A DNA stretch of 64,000 bases, from assembly GCA_964415025.1 (NCBI GenBank), contig CAYPXF010000004.1, positions 9,138-73,137 on the forward strand. Direction: 5' to 3'. Source of the stretch: an uncultured Gammaproteobacteria bacterium. Its GTDB lineage: Bacteria; Patescibacteriota; Patescibacteriia; UBA10025; JAHIVO01. Both the position numbers and the translations under genes were made by a program. A model generated the notes under the pieces. It ran no database searches. It was not told the DNA's origin and was given only the letters and a program-made list of their open reading frames with translations. The first letter of the stretch is position 1; every line of letters begins with the position of its first letter. Below, piece after piece: positions 27,449 to 37,530 of this stretch.

Positions 27449-28967
27449 ACTGCTGGTATTTTCTTTTATTTTGAATTAACACTATCATGTTGAACAGGAT
27501 AAGGCCGTACCCAATTACCAGCCACCACCAGCTGACGACCCCCATATCAAACGAAGCAACAGAAAGCCGGCTGAATTGCTCAACAACGTAGAGAATATAG
27601 CTCAAAATAGTCCATACCAGCCAGCCACATACTGACCCTAGTACCGGCCATAGCAAGGCCAATATACCCATGATAAATCCCGCGCCCATGGCTATTGGAA
27701 TAGCCGGTAAAATAAGTACGTTAACAATCGGCGCCACCAAGGATAATCGGCCAAACTGATACACAATCAGCGGCAAAGTCATAAGCGTGGCCGACAGCGT
27801 AGCTACCATACTGGCACGTATTTCAAAAGTGCTGGGCAGCCAGGTAAAAAACCTTTCTAAAACTGGCGATATGTACACCAGCCCGATAGTAGCCAAAAAT
27901 GACAGCTGAAACCCGGCGTCAAAAACCAGCACCCGTGGATTCACCAGGAGCATAACCACCGCTGCCAGTACAAGCGTATTAGTAATACGGCTGGCTCTGC
28001 CGATCTGCGTAGCCAGCAATACCAGCATACCCATAATACCGGCGCGCACCACTGATGCCTGGGCGCCGGTTATCAGCACAAAAAACGTGATAGCGCCCAA
28101 TGACACCCAAAATGCGCCTCGTCGTGATATCCAGATATATTTACACAGGTTCAGCACCAGTACGGCAATAATTGTAATGTTATATCCAGATAGAGCAACA
28201 ATATGCGTCGTCCCCGTACGATTAAACTGCTCCATAATATCATCAGGAATTGCTTTTTTCGCGCCCAGAATGAGCCCGCCGAGAAACGACGCCTGCGGTT
28301 CGGGTAATGACTGCTGTACCGCCTGCACAAAACGGTGCTTGACTGCCAGCATGCCGTGCATAAGCGGATCTCCCTTTGCTGACGCCAATAGCGTAATCTG
28401 CGGCCGGTAACAAAGTGAATATATATTATAGCGGGCCAGATATTTATCATAATAAAACGTCCGCCCCGTCTCCTCATCAGTAATTGGTTCTGGCGTTTGC
28501 GGCGTGCAGCGCAATTTAATAACATCCCCGTACTGGTATGCTGGATACAGTGGGGTGTTAACGAGTATTTTGCCCTGCATGGTTTGTGGGAGCGTATCAG
28601 TTCCCTGCCGCACGTCTACTGTCAGCTTCACGTGATCAGTCCGTACGTCGGGCTCACCGCTAATAATACCGACGACTTCGACTGGCTGGCCATTATAGTA
28701 TTGGATTAAACCTGGAGTGACCTGCGGCACTGTTAGCGATGAACGGATAAACCCCAAACCAATACTTATGAATATTAACCCGATAACAATACCCTTACGA
28801 TTTGGCCAGGATACCGTGAGAATAATTATTCCGACACACGCGAGCGTGATCGCAATATATATAGGTACGGCCGCAAACGAAAATATGCCAACTCCGACTA
28901 TAAAAGCACAACAACTGATTAAAAATATATTGGCTTTGGTGAGTTTTGTTTGGGATGGTTGTGACAT
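27441..28967 (-). CDS. comEC: Competence protein ComEC/Rec2 (DUF4131 + Competence domain)
   Basis: GLILG, FNRTGTTHIVALSGYN, SVVRAGIM, GFQLSFLAT; start set at ATG 28967. Confidence 0.93.
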   Translation of the reverse strand: MSQPSQTKLTKANIFLISCCAFIVGVGIFSFAAVPIYIAITLACVGIIILTVSWPNRKGIVIGLIFISIGLGFIRSSLTVPQVTPGLIQYYNGQPVEVVGIISGEPDVRTDHVKLTVDVRQGTDTLPQTMQGKILVNTPLYPAYQYGDVIKLRCTPQTPEPITDEETGRTFYYDKYLARYNIYSLCYRPQITLLASAKGDPLMHGMLAVKHRFVQAVQQSLPEPQASFLGGLILGAKKAIPDDIMEQFNRTGTTHIVALSGYNITIIAVLVLNLCKYIWISRRGAFWVSLGAITFFVLITGAQASVVRAGIMGMLVLLATQIGRASRITNTLVLAAVVMLLVNPRVLVFDAGFQLSFLATIGLVYISPVLERFFTWLPSTFEIRASMVATLSATLMTLPLIVYQFGRLSLVAPIVNVLILPAIPIAMGAGFIMGILALLWPVLGSVCGWLVWTILSYILYVVEQFSRLSVASFDMGVVSWWWLVIGYGLILFNMIVLIQNKRKYQQYD

Positions 28968-28972
28968 ATTGA

Positions 28973-29612
28973 CTAGGTACCGAATCGTGTTAAAACTTCT
29001 ATCATACCGCTGCCACAATAATAACTTGATATGCTCGAATAAGTATAACCAATGGCTTGTTTAACCAAACCAGCTTTTACCGGGTTATTGTGAATATAAT
29101 TAAGCTTCTGAAAATATTTTTCTTGAGAATAAATAGTAAAGTCATAAAATGAAGTTTGCCAAATTTTAATAGCCTCACGGAATGTAATATTTTTTTTAGT
29201 AGCCACGCATTTAACTGCTTTTGACCGTTTATGCTTGAACACCCACTTATTTTTGTGGGCGGGCGAGATTTTAATGCCCTGCCCGTTATTCAACGGCATA
29301 AAAGCCTTGATACCCATAGACAGATATATAATCAAAAATCATTTTAACTGACCTGCCTTTAATCCGATGAAGAATTGTCGATATATCCAACTCTTTATTT
29401 TTTTGCCACTCCCACCAAATTAAAATATATACATGATTCGGCATTATACAATCCCCCAATATCTCAAATCCCAATTTCTTCCAATAATACGCAATACTAT
29501 CCAACAATATTAAACTGCACACATAATTATTGAAATAAGGAAAATGTTTATGTGCGGCAGTAGCAACAAAACGGACGCGCCCTGGAACATTATACTTTGG
29601 CATTGATACCAT
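28973..29612 (-). pseudogene. Frameshifted RAYT transposase
   Basis: Two overlapping frames: ...GDCIMPNHVYIL (HUH degraded to HVY) and KIWQTSFYDFTI...KLNYIHNNPVKAGLV...YSS. Confidence 0.85.
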
Positions 29613-29619
29613 AAAAACA

Positions 29620-29642
29620 AAACCTTCCCGTGGGGAAGGTTT
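29620..29642. repeat. Perfect palindrome (REP-like and/or glmS terminator)
   Basis: AAACCTTCCC-GTG-GGGAAGGTTT just upstream of the RAYT pseudogene. Confidence 0.55.
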
Positions 29643-29694
29643 GGTAGTTTTTTAATTATGATTACTTTACCACACGGCTATAGATGCCGTCAAA

Positions 29695-31587
29695 TCACTC
29701 AACCGTGACTGACTTTGCCAAGTTGCGCGGTTTATCAGGATCGTGTCCGCGCAACACCGCAATTTCATAGGACAATAGCTGCAGCGGTACAGCGGCAATA
29801 ATCGGCACGAGATGAGCGAGCGTATTAGGAATTTCGATAACCCATTCAGCCATTTTGGCGATGTCACTGTCTCCTTCATTCACAATGGCAATAATACGTC
29901 CGCCGCGCGCCCTCACTTCCTCGGCATTGGAAGCGATTTTTTCATAGCTGATCGGTTCTTCGCTATCCTTTGGCGCGATAATCACTACTGGCATATCCTT
30001 ATCAATCAGCGCGATCGGACCGTGCTTCATTTCAGCTGCAGAATATCCCTCGGCATGGATATATGATATTTCCTTGAGCTTCAGCGCGCCCTCCAGGGCA
30101 ATGGGAAAATTATAGCCGCGGCCGAGGTAGAGAAAATGAGCGCTGTCCCTAAATTCTCGGGCAATTTTCTTGATCACGCTGCCGTTATCATTATTATAAA
30201 CTGCCTGTAACACGCACATCACTTTTTCTGGAATAAACAGCAGCTCATTAACAATTTTCTGAAAATCTATTCGTGGTATGCGCGGCTGGCTATTATCCAG
30301 CGGCTGTACCCGATCTAAATACTCCGCCAATCCCAGGTTGAGCTGTGATAAGGCGGCCACCTGACACGAAAACGCCTTGGTCGAGGCCACGCCGATCTCC
30401 GGGCCAGCGTGCAGATAGATGCCGCCGTCTACCTCACGAGCAATGGTCGAACCGACCGCATTAACAATACCCAGGGTATGAGCCCCTTTTTGGCGAGCTA
30501 GATCAAGGGCGCCTTTTGTGTCGGCTGTTTCGCCTGATTGGGAGATAAATACCGCCAATGTATTTGGCAAAAACACTGGTTCACGATAGCGGAATTCTGA
30601 TGCTTGTTCGCACGTCACCGGTACCCGTAAAATCTTTTCCATGAGAAATGACGCTACGAGGCCGGCATGCCATGAGGTGCCGCACGCCAGCAGCTTAATA
30701 TTACTGATCTGGGGCAAGGCCTCTGCAAAACCGTTTTCCAAGCAGCGCAGTCGTATGCTGGTGCCATCTTTCTGAATATGGCCAGACAGAGTGTTTTGTA
30801 TCGCTTCCGGTTGCTCGTGGATTTCTTTGAGCATAAAATGCGGAAACCCTGATTTTTCGATCATTTCCAAATCCCAGGTAATTTGTTCTACGTCCTTGTT
30901 AATCTCCTTATTATCCAGTGTGCTGATGCGGTAACCAGTGCTGTTGAGAGTGATCATCTCTCCGTCATTCAAATAAATAACCCGCCGCGTATAGGGTAAA
31001 ATCGCCGACGCGTCTGAAGCCACAAAATATTCCCCTTCCTTCACTCCTATCACCAGCGGACTGCCATTCCTGGCTGCGACGATTTTTTTCGGTTCGCTAC
31101 TGCTAATCACGACAATACCGTACGCTCCCTGCAGCATCGGTAGGACGCGCTGAACCGCCTGCTCTAGACCGTGACCAGGATAGTACTTTTCTATGAGGTG
31201 CGTGATTACTTCAGTATCCGTATCAGAGCGAAAGGTGTGTCCCTCTTGCTGCAACAGCGTGCGCAAAGATCGATAATTTTCGATAATACCGTTATGAACC
31301 AGGGCAATAGTTCCAGTACAATCATGGTGCGGGTGAGCATTTATTTCTGATGGCTCTCCGTGCGTTGCCCAGCGGGTATGAGCAATCCCGATCGATCCGG
31401 ATAATGCCTGCTGGGCCAGCGCTTGCTCCAGTGAGACAATCTTGCCGATGGTTTTTTTCATGTGCAGACCATTATCAACAGTGGCCATACCAGCTGAATC
31501 ATAGCCGCGGTATTCGAGACGTTTTAAGCCCTCCAGTAGCACCGGCATTGCCGGCCGGGTGCCAATATATCCGACGATTCCACACAT
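29695..31587 (-). CDS. glmS: Glutamine--fructose-6-phosphate aminotransferase
   Basis: MCGIVG, LEYRGYDSAG, HTRWATHG, SQSGETAD, EGALKLKEISY, PRNLAKSVTVE. Confidence 0.98.
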   Translation of the reverse strand: MCGIVGYIGTRPAMPVLLEGLKRLEYRGYDSAGMATVDNGLHMKKTIGKIVSLEQALAQQALSGSIGIAHTRWATHGEPSEINAHPHHDCTGTIALVHNGIIENYRSLRTLLQQEGHTFRSDTDTEVITHLIEKYYPGHGLEQAVQRVLPMLQGAYGIVVISSSEPKKIVAARNGSPLVIGVKEGEYFVASDASAILPYTRRVIYLNDGEMITLNSTGYRISTLDNKEINKDVEQITWDLEMIEKSGFPHFMLKEIHEQPEAIQNTLSGHIQKDGTSIRLRCLENGFAEALPQISNIKLLACGTSWHAGLVASFLMEKILRVPVTCEQASEFRYREPVFLPNTLAVFISQSGETADTKGALDLARQKGAHTLGIVNAVGSTIAREVDGGIYLHAGPEIGVASTKAFSCQVAALSQLNLGLAEYLDRVQPLDNSQPRIPRIDFQKIVNELLFIPEKVMCVLQAVYNNDNGSVIKKIAREFRDSAHFLYLGRGYNFPIALEGALKLKEISYIHAEGYSAAEMKHGPIALIDKDMPVVIIAPKDSEEPISYEKIASNAEEVRARGGRIIAIVNEGDSDIAKMAEWVIEIPNTLAHLVPIIAAVPLQLLSYEIAVLRGHDPDKPRNLAKSVTVE

Positions 31588-31727
31588 ATAGTAACAATAT
31601 TAATAATGTCAGTTCTTATGATATGATTTAATCAAATTGTATTTTTGGTTTTTGTTTCGAATTTCTCCCGCCTCTGGCGGGATTCTACCCTGCTTATTTT
31701 AAAAATAGATATTTGTGGCGGAGGATA

Positions 31728-32841
31728 TTAGGATTTCGAATTTTGCTTATGTGCATACAGTCGCAGATAGTGCTCAATAAATACATCGAGGTCACCGTCA
31801 AGTACCGCCTGGACATCGCTTGTTTCGTGCTTGGTGCGGTGATCCTTGACCATGGTGTAGGGGTGCAGTACGTATGAACGTACTTGATTGCCCCAGGCCG
31901 CTTCCTGATATTCACCGCGTAGTTTCTGTTTTTCTTCCTGCTGCTCTGTTTGCTGCAGCTGATGTAGTTTGCTTTTGAGAATTTTCAACGCAGTTTCCTT
32001 ATTCTGCTGTTGAGAGCGTTCATTCTGACATGAAACAGTAATACCGGTCGGTTCATGCACGATCCGGACCGCGGAATAGGTGGTATTGACCGATTGTCCG
32101 CCATGCCCTGACGACATAAAGGTATCTATACGCAAATCTTTGTCATCGAGCTTGGCTGCGGCTGTTTCGCCGAGATCAGGCAGTGTCTCAACCAGGGCAA
32201 ATGACGTGTGCCGCATCTTTTCTGCGTCAAAGGGTGATATCCGCACTAATCGATGTACGCCGGCTTCTGCCTTCATATGGCCGTAGGCATAGCGTCCCTG
32301 TATTTCAAAAGTGACGCTCTTAATTCCCGCTTCAGCGCCGCTCGATTCATGCAGCACACGCACCAGCCATCCTTTTTGCTCGGCGTACCGGATATACATC
32401 CGTAACAGCATACCGGCCCAGTCCTGGGCGTCCACGCCACCTGCTCCGGCGTGAATCGCTATAATCGCGTTTTTCTGATCATGTTCTCCGGCGAGGAGAA
32501 TATAGAATTCCAGTGATGCGAATTGCTCCTCTAATTCAGCAATTTTTTTCTCGATTTCTTTTTGCAGCGAGGTGTCATTTTCTCGTTCAGATTCCTGCGC
32601 CATATCGAGGATGCTCTTCACTTCATCACTGATAGACTGCCAGCGATCCAGCTCTGATGTCAGCTCATCAAACTCCTGGCTGGTACGTTTTGCCCGATCC
32701 GGGTTACCCCAAAAATCAGGCTCGGCCATGACATACTCTAATTCCGTGACCCTGTTTTTTACTGTATCAAGGTCAAAGATACCTCCAGGTACGGAGAATT
32801 TTGGCGTCCAGTGCCTTAATCCTCTCAATTAATTCCTTCAT
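31728..32841 (-). CDS. prfB: Peptide chain release factor 2 with programmed +1 frameshift
   Basis: ATG 32841 MKELIERIKALDAKILRTWRYL, then GGAGG-TAT-CTT-TGA-C shift site at 32772-32786; SPF and GGQ motifs in the +1 frame. Confidence 0.96.
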
Positions 32842-32896
32842 AGATATGGTTCCTCAATGTATGTAATGATATAGAAAACAAAGTTATTTGGCAAAT

Positions 32897-32925
32897 TTGA
32901 CACCGGCACTAACCGCCCCTATACT
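32897..32925 (+). promoter_or_regulatory. Sigma70 promoter of glnA
   Basis: TTGACA-N17-TATACT; AAGGAGGT SD before ATG 33042. Confidence 0.75.
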
Positions 32926-33041
32926 GTAGCTACAGACTTGTTCGTCTGAAAAATTTCATACCATATCATAAGGAGCCGGGAGGGCTCCTGTTCTGATTTT
33001 GGAAATAACGTTTGAACCTTTAAAAAAACAAGGAGGTCCGC

Positions 33042-34370
33042 ATGGCTCGGACAAAAAAATTAAAAGGCTGGATTCAAGAAAAGCTTAAATCAGTAGACAA
33101 CATCATGCTCGTCTTTGTAGATGTGCTGGGGCGGATCAAAGAAATAACCCTGACCAAGCATGAATTCCTCGATATGCTAAATACTGGACAGGGTTTTGAC
33201 GGTTCATCAGTACGCGGTTTTGCCCGACTCGAGGAATCAGACCTGCAGCTCGATATCAGGCCTGATTCGTTCCGCCTCCTGCCGGCAGAACTGGCCGGCA
33301 ATCAAAAACCAATCGGCATTTTCTTCTGCGATATCCGGACGTTTGAGGGACGGATCTACCCCGGCGATTCGCGTCAGTGCCTGAAGCGTGCTTTGCGGCG
33401 GCTGGCTCGCCAGGGATATCGGCTGCATGTGGGTCCCGAACTCGAGTTTTTCCTGTTTTGTGACGGCCAGCCGATTGACGCTGACAGTTACTTCGACGCG
33501 TCCATGAACACGAAATCAATCGCCCTGCGCAGTCAGATTACTGAAACACTGGAATCGATGGGTATTGCGGTCGAGGCGATCCACCATGAAGTAGCCCACT
33601 CCCAATATGAAATCGATTTCAAACATCAAGAAGCGCTAACCATGGCCGATCAGCTGATCCTTATTCGCTGGATTATCAAACTGATTGCCAACTCGCACGG
33701 ACTGCAGGCAGTGTTTACGCCAAAACCGATCGAAGGAATAAACGGCTCGGGCATGCATACCCACCTTTCACTGTTTAGCAAGGAGGGTACAAACTGTTTC
33801 TTCAGTCCGCGTCATGAGATGAACCTGTCACCGCTGGCACGTTCGTTCACGGCCGGGATACTGCAGCACGTACGCGCGTTTACGATCGTCACAAACCAGA
33901 CAGTGAATTCATTTCGCCGACTGGTACCGGGCTATGAAGCGCCGGTCTATATTTCCTGGGGACGGCACAACCGTTCGTCGCTGGTACGCGTTCCCGGCTA
34001 CCGAGAGGGTAAAGAAGCTGCGGTCCGTATTGAACTGCGTTCACCTGATCCGCTGTGCAATCCCTACCTGGCTTTTACAGTCATGCTCGAAGCCGGTATG
34101 GACGGGGTAGCCCATGATCTGAAACTGCCGCAGCGCGTCGAGGATAACATCTTCGAGCTGTCTCCGGCTGAAGTGGCCAAGCGCCGCATTGAGACACTGC
34201 CCGGCTCTTTGCAAGAAGCGATAACCTGTACACAGGATAGTTCGTTTCTGCGGCAAGCCCTCGGCAGCCATATTTTCCGGGCATTTCTGGACAACAAAAG
34301 CCAGGAATGGGAGCGCTTCCGCCTGCGGATTGATCCGCGCGAAGTAGCTGATACCATTGCAGAATATTGA
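33042..34370 (+). CDS. glnA: Glutamine synthetase type I
   Basis: FDGSS, GPELEFF, HHEVA, PKP..GINGSGMHTH, RLVPGYEAP, NRSSLVRVP, RIELRSPD. Confidence 0.96.
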   Translation: MARTKKLKGWIQEKLKSVDNIMLVFVDVLGRIKEITLTKHEFLDMLNTGQGFDGSSVRGFARLEESDLQLDIRPDSFRLLPAELAGNQKPIGIFFCDIRTFEGRIYPGDSRQCLKRALRRLARQGYRLHVGPELEFFLFCDGQPIDADSYFDASMNTKSIALRSQITETLESMGIAVEAIHHEVAHSQYEIDFKHQEALTMADQLILIRWIIKLIANSHGLQAVFTPKPIEGINGSGMHTHLSLFSKEGTNCFFSPRHEMNLSPLARSFTAGILQHVRAFTIVTNQTVNSFRRLVPGYEAPVYISWGRHNRSSLVRVPGYREGKEAAVRIELRSPDPLCNPYLAFTVMLEAGMDGVAHDLKLPQRVEDNIFELSPAEVAKRRIETLPGSLQEAITCTQDSSFLRQALGSHIFRAFLDNKSQEWERFRLRIDPREVADTIAEY

Positions 34371-34379
34371 GCTATACCA

Positions 34380-34416
34380 AACCCCCACACTCATGATAAG
34401 TGCGGGGGTATTTTTT
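34380..34416 (+). terminator. Intrinsic terminator (possibly bidirectional)
   Basis: ACCCCCACACT...AGTGCGGGGGT followed by ATTTTTT. Confidence 0.65.
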
Positions 34417-34428
34417 ATAACAATACGA

Positions 34429-34911
34429 TTATTCTTCCCTGTGCTGTTCTTCCTGTTTAGCAATCATCCCATCAGCAAAATACCGGTAAAATTCTTCGAG
34501 CGGCTCGCCCGGCTTCATACGCTCATGTTCAGAAATGGCCCGGATAAACTCGTTCTCTGATTTGGCTGATTGAGCTGCATCAACTAATGCTTGTAGCAGT
34601 TGGTCAATGTGTTCATGATCAGCGAGATCGGCTTCATCAAGCGTATCGCGAAATTCACTGAACACTTCACGTAGCGAGGTACTGGCTTCTTCTATTGTGC
34701 CGAGTGCCCATTGTTCCCCATTTTGGTAAGGCTTCATGCGTTCATAAAAATCCTTAAACGTCTCTATCTCTGCTTTGAAAATAGCTTCCCGGTCCTGGTG
34801 CGCTGTTTCATCTCGGTATTCTGGATCACGACCCGCACCAGGCGGCTCTTCGAATTCTGATTCCGGTTCTGTGGAAATATGTCCCCGTTCAGAGGCGATG
34901 CGTTCTGGCAT
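34429..34911 (-). CDS. Hypothetical acidic protein
   Basis: 160-aa ORF directly after htrA on the same strand. Confidence 0.65.
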   Translation of the reverse strand: MPERIASERGHISTEPESEFEEPPGAGRDPEYRDETAHQDREAIFKAEIETFKDFYERMKPYQNGEQWALGTIEEASTSLREVFSEFRDTLDEADLADHEHIDQLLQALVDAAQSAKSENEFIRAISEHERMKPGEPLEEFYRYFADGMIAKQEEQHREE

Positions 34912-34933
34912 AGTGTTGTGTTAATAAGTAAGA

Positions 34934-36244
34934 TTAATTTTCTACCTGCTCCAGGGTGGCACTCACCTGCTTTTCCTCGCCGTCGTGCAATACGGTCAGG
35001 GTAACAGTATCCCCTGGATTATACTGCTGCAAGAGCTTGGCCAGGCTGCGACCCTCGTTAATCTCCTGATCATTTACCTCGAGAATGATGTCATTCTCCT
35101 CCAGGCCAGCCTTATCAGCTGGACTGCCTGGAATCACGGCTAATTCAGTTGGTTCGTCGCCGCGCACCAGGAGCGCGCCTTGTTTTACCGATAAATTATT
35201 TCGTTCGGCAATCTGCTCATTGAGTAACATGTACCTGACTCCTAGATATGGTCGGACAATCTCACCGTACTCCTGGACGCTGTCAATAGCGCGCTTAGCC
35301 TGATTAATAGGAATGGCAAATCCCAGCAGCTGGCCCTCACGGCTGATAGCCGTATTCACGCCAACTACCTGGCCGGCCAGATTAATCAGCGGTCCGCCTG
35401 AATTGCCGAAGTTAATGGCGGCATCAGTCTGTATAATATTTTCCAGCGTTTCAGACTGGCTGGCACTGCCGGCTGTAATAGTCCGCGACAGGCCTGAAAC
35501 AATACCGCGAGTCACAGAATTCTGGTACTGCCCCAGCGCGTTGCCGATGGCAATCACCGTCTGTCCAATCTCGAGATCATCAGAATCGCCAAGCGCCAGC
35601 GGGGTAAGATTGTCTGCGTCAATCTTGATAATGGCTATGTCATTAAACGGATCCGTGTCCAATACCGTAGCCTCGTATTCAGTGCCATTGTTCAGGATAA
35701 CCGTATACGAAGCGTCGGTCACGTCAACCACGTGCTTATTAGTCACGATCATGCCGTCACTAGTAATGATAAATCCGGTGCCCGCGCCGACCTGCTGCTC
35801 ACCCTGCGGCGGCTCATAAGGCAATGAAAAATTAAACAAATCCCCAAACGGAAAAACATTCGGCCCGGTAGAATCATACAGCGCGGCTAAATCCTGGGTC
35901 ACCACGATACTGACTACGCTGGGCGTTACCTTTTCGACCGCATCAATCGTCGCCGAATCCTCATCTACAGTAATAATAGTATCAGTATCTACCGCATCTG
36001 TAGTTACCTGTCCGGCATTAATCTGTCCCAACACATTGCGCTGTATCCATGTCGAGACATCACTGTTCGTACTGGCAAGCGTGCCAAAAACAAGGCCGGA
36101 TAATCCTCCGACAATAATACTAGCCACGACCACGCCAATAACCAAGTTACGCAATACATCAGCGGCAAACGTAACGGTAGATTTTGCCGACCGCTTGGCA
36201 GCGTGTTGGTAAGACGTGTTATTATTATTTGTTTTCTTTTGCAT
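34934..36244 (-). CDS. htrA: HtrA/DegP-family serine protease with PDZ domain
   Basis: TM anchor; TNKHVV, DIAIIKI, IQTDAAINFGNSGGPL triad; PGSPADKAGL PDZ. Confidence 0.95.
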   Translation of the reverse strand: MQKKTNNNNTSYQHAAKRSAKSTVTFAADVLRNLVIGVVVASIIVGGLSGLVFGTLASTNSDVSTWIQRNVLGQINAGQVTTDAVDTDTIITVDEDSATIDAVEKVTPSVVSIVVTQDLAALYDSTGPNVFPFGDLFNFSLPYEPPQGEQQVGAGTGFIITSDGMIVTNKHVVDVTDASYTVILNNGTEYEATVLDTDPFNDIAIIKIDADNLTPLALGDSDDLEIGQTVIAIGNALGQYQNSVTRGIVSGLSRTITAGSASQSETLENIIQTDAAINFGNSGGPLINLAGQVVGVNTAISREGQLLGFAIPINQAKRAIDSVQEYGEIVRPYLGVRYMLLNEQIAERNNLSVKQGALLVRGDEPTELAVIPGSPADKAGLEENDIILEVNDQEINEGRSLAKLLQQYNPGDTVTLTVLHDGEEKQVSATLEQVEN

Positions 36245-36321
36245 AGTTGTTCAATAAAGCGTTTATACACCTAGCACTCCTTATTATGTAATCTTATTTC
36301 ATAATGTCAAATCGTGCACTG

Positions 36322-36534
36322 CTACATCCCTAATATCCCGCCATAATACGATTCAACAGTTTGCATCATCCAGGGAATAGCGATTATGCCAGCGAGTAAG
36401 GGCAGCACAATTATAATTATTCCAATGACCAGGCTCCATATGCGTATGCGGCGTTGTTTTTCGAGTGATGCCCGAATTTCCTCCATCAGGGAAATATTTT
36501 GTTTGATAAGCTTTTTCAGCTCTTCGTCTGGCAT
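36322..36534 (-). CDS. Small membrane protein
   Basis: Coiled N-terminus plus one TM; starts 2 nt after the upstream stop. Confidence 0.65.
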   Translation of the reverse strand: MPDEELKKLIKQNISLMEEIRASLEKQRRIRIWSLVIGIIIIVLPLLAGIIAIPWMMQTVESYYGGILGM

Positions 36535-36536
36535 TT

Positions 36537-37451
36537 TTATGATGATAATAATGTGTCCAGCGAAACAATCTGATACCCCTGCTCCTGAAACGCACTGATC
36601 AGGTCAGGCACAATAGCTGCAGTAATAGCATTACTGGCCTGCATCAGGATAATAGCGCCCGGGCCGGCATTATCCAGCACCCGCTCCAAAGATTGTTCAG
36701 CCGTATAGTCTGACGACCAATCCAGCGCATCAATCGTCCAGGTAACCGGACAATACCCGCTTTCCTGCACAGCAGAAAGGACTTCGTCATCCACGGCGCC
36801 ATATGGCGGACGAAAAAACGGTTTGGTAGAAATACCGGTCGCCTCACTGATAGCCGCATCTGCCCGGGACAGCTCTTCCGCGGTCTCTGCGGCCGTGAGC
36901 TCGGTAAACCGCGGATGGCTATAGCTTAGGTTATATATCGGAAAACTAGCCTGGCTTACCTGGGTAATCAAATCAGGATTTTCTTCAGCCACGTCACCGC
37001 GTGCGAAAAAATCCGCCGGCACGCCGGCTCCTGTTAAGGACTCCAGTACACTTTGTATTTCACCCTCAGCCGCAGTGCCAATATTAAATGTCAAAACAAC
37101 CTGATCTCCGCTCCCCCGTGAAAAAATTGCGGTACAATCATCACTGACAGTGAAGCTGGTTGGGACATGGCTGCTATTGTCGGTATTTGTATTGATGTTA
37201 GTATTAGCGTCCGTATTCACCAGACCATTTGTATTTGCTGTCTGACTAGTATTGCTGTTTTCATTACTGTTGGCTACCGGTGCTGTGTCCGGCAGATTAG
37301 ATTCTACTGATGTTGGCGTACTAAATAATGCCCGGCCAATAAAATATAATACGACCAGGATGAAGCCAAGGAGCAAAATCCGAACCACGCGGATTTTCCG
37401 GGGTGGTTTTGGGGCATAGGTTGATCGCTGGTATTGTTTATAATTGGCCAT
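36537..37451 (-). CDS. NodB-homology (CE4) polysaccharide deacetylase-like protein with degenerate active site
   Basis: TM, N/T-rich linker, VLTFNIG, NLSYSHP, FRPPYG, WTIDALDW, GAIILMQ. Confidence 0.85.
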   Translation of the reverse strand: MANYKQYQRSTYAPKPPRKIRVVRILLLGFILVVLYFIGRALFSTPTSVESNLPDTAPVANSNENSNTSQTANTNGLVNTDANTNINTNTDNSSHVPTSFTVSDDCTAIFSRGSGDQVVLTFNIGTAAEGEIQSVLESLTGAGVPADFFARGDVAEENPDLITQVSQASFPIYNLSYSHPRFTELTAAETAEELSRADAAISEATGISTKPFFRPPYGAVDDEVLSAVQESGYCPVTWTIDALDWSSDYTAEQSLERVLDNAGPGAIILMQASNAITAAIVPDLISAFQEQGYQIVSLDTLLSS

Positions 37452-37530
37452 AAAACAGACCTATTTTGTTATTATATTAAAAAACAGACGATAAGTAAAA
37501 TTTCGCTTCGTATACCTGCCTATGAGATGG

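Noticed and set aside
31588-31727. glmS ribozyme upstream of glmS
   Set aside because: No AGCGCC...GACGAGG-type core is visible; the region is AT-rich with one short palindrome.
32930-33030. Glutamine riboswitch in the glnA leader
   Set aside because: There is a GGAGCC/GGCTCC hairpin and a GTTCGTCT start, but the GGAAGTA...GAA E-loop core is not evident. An Rfam scan would settle it.
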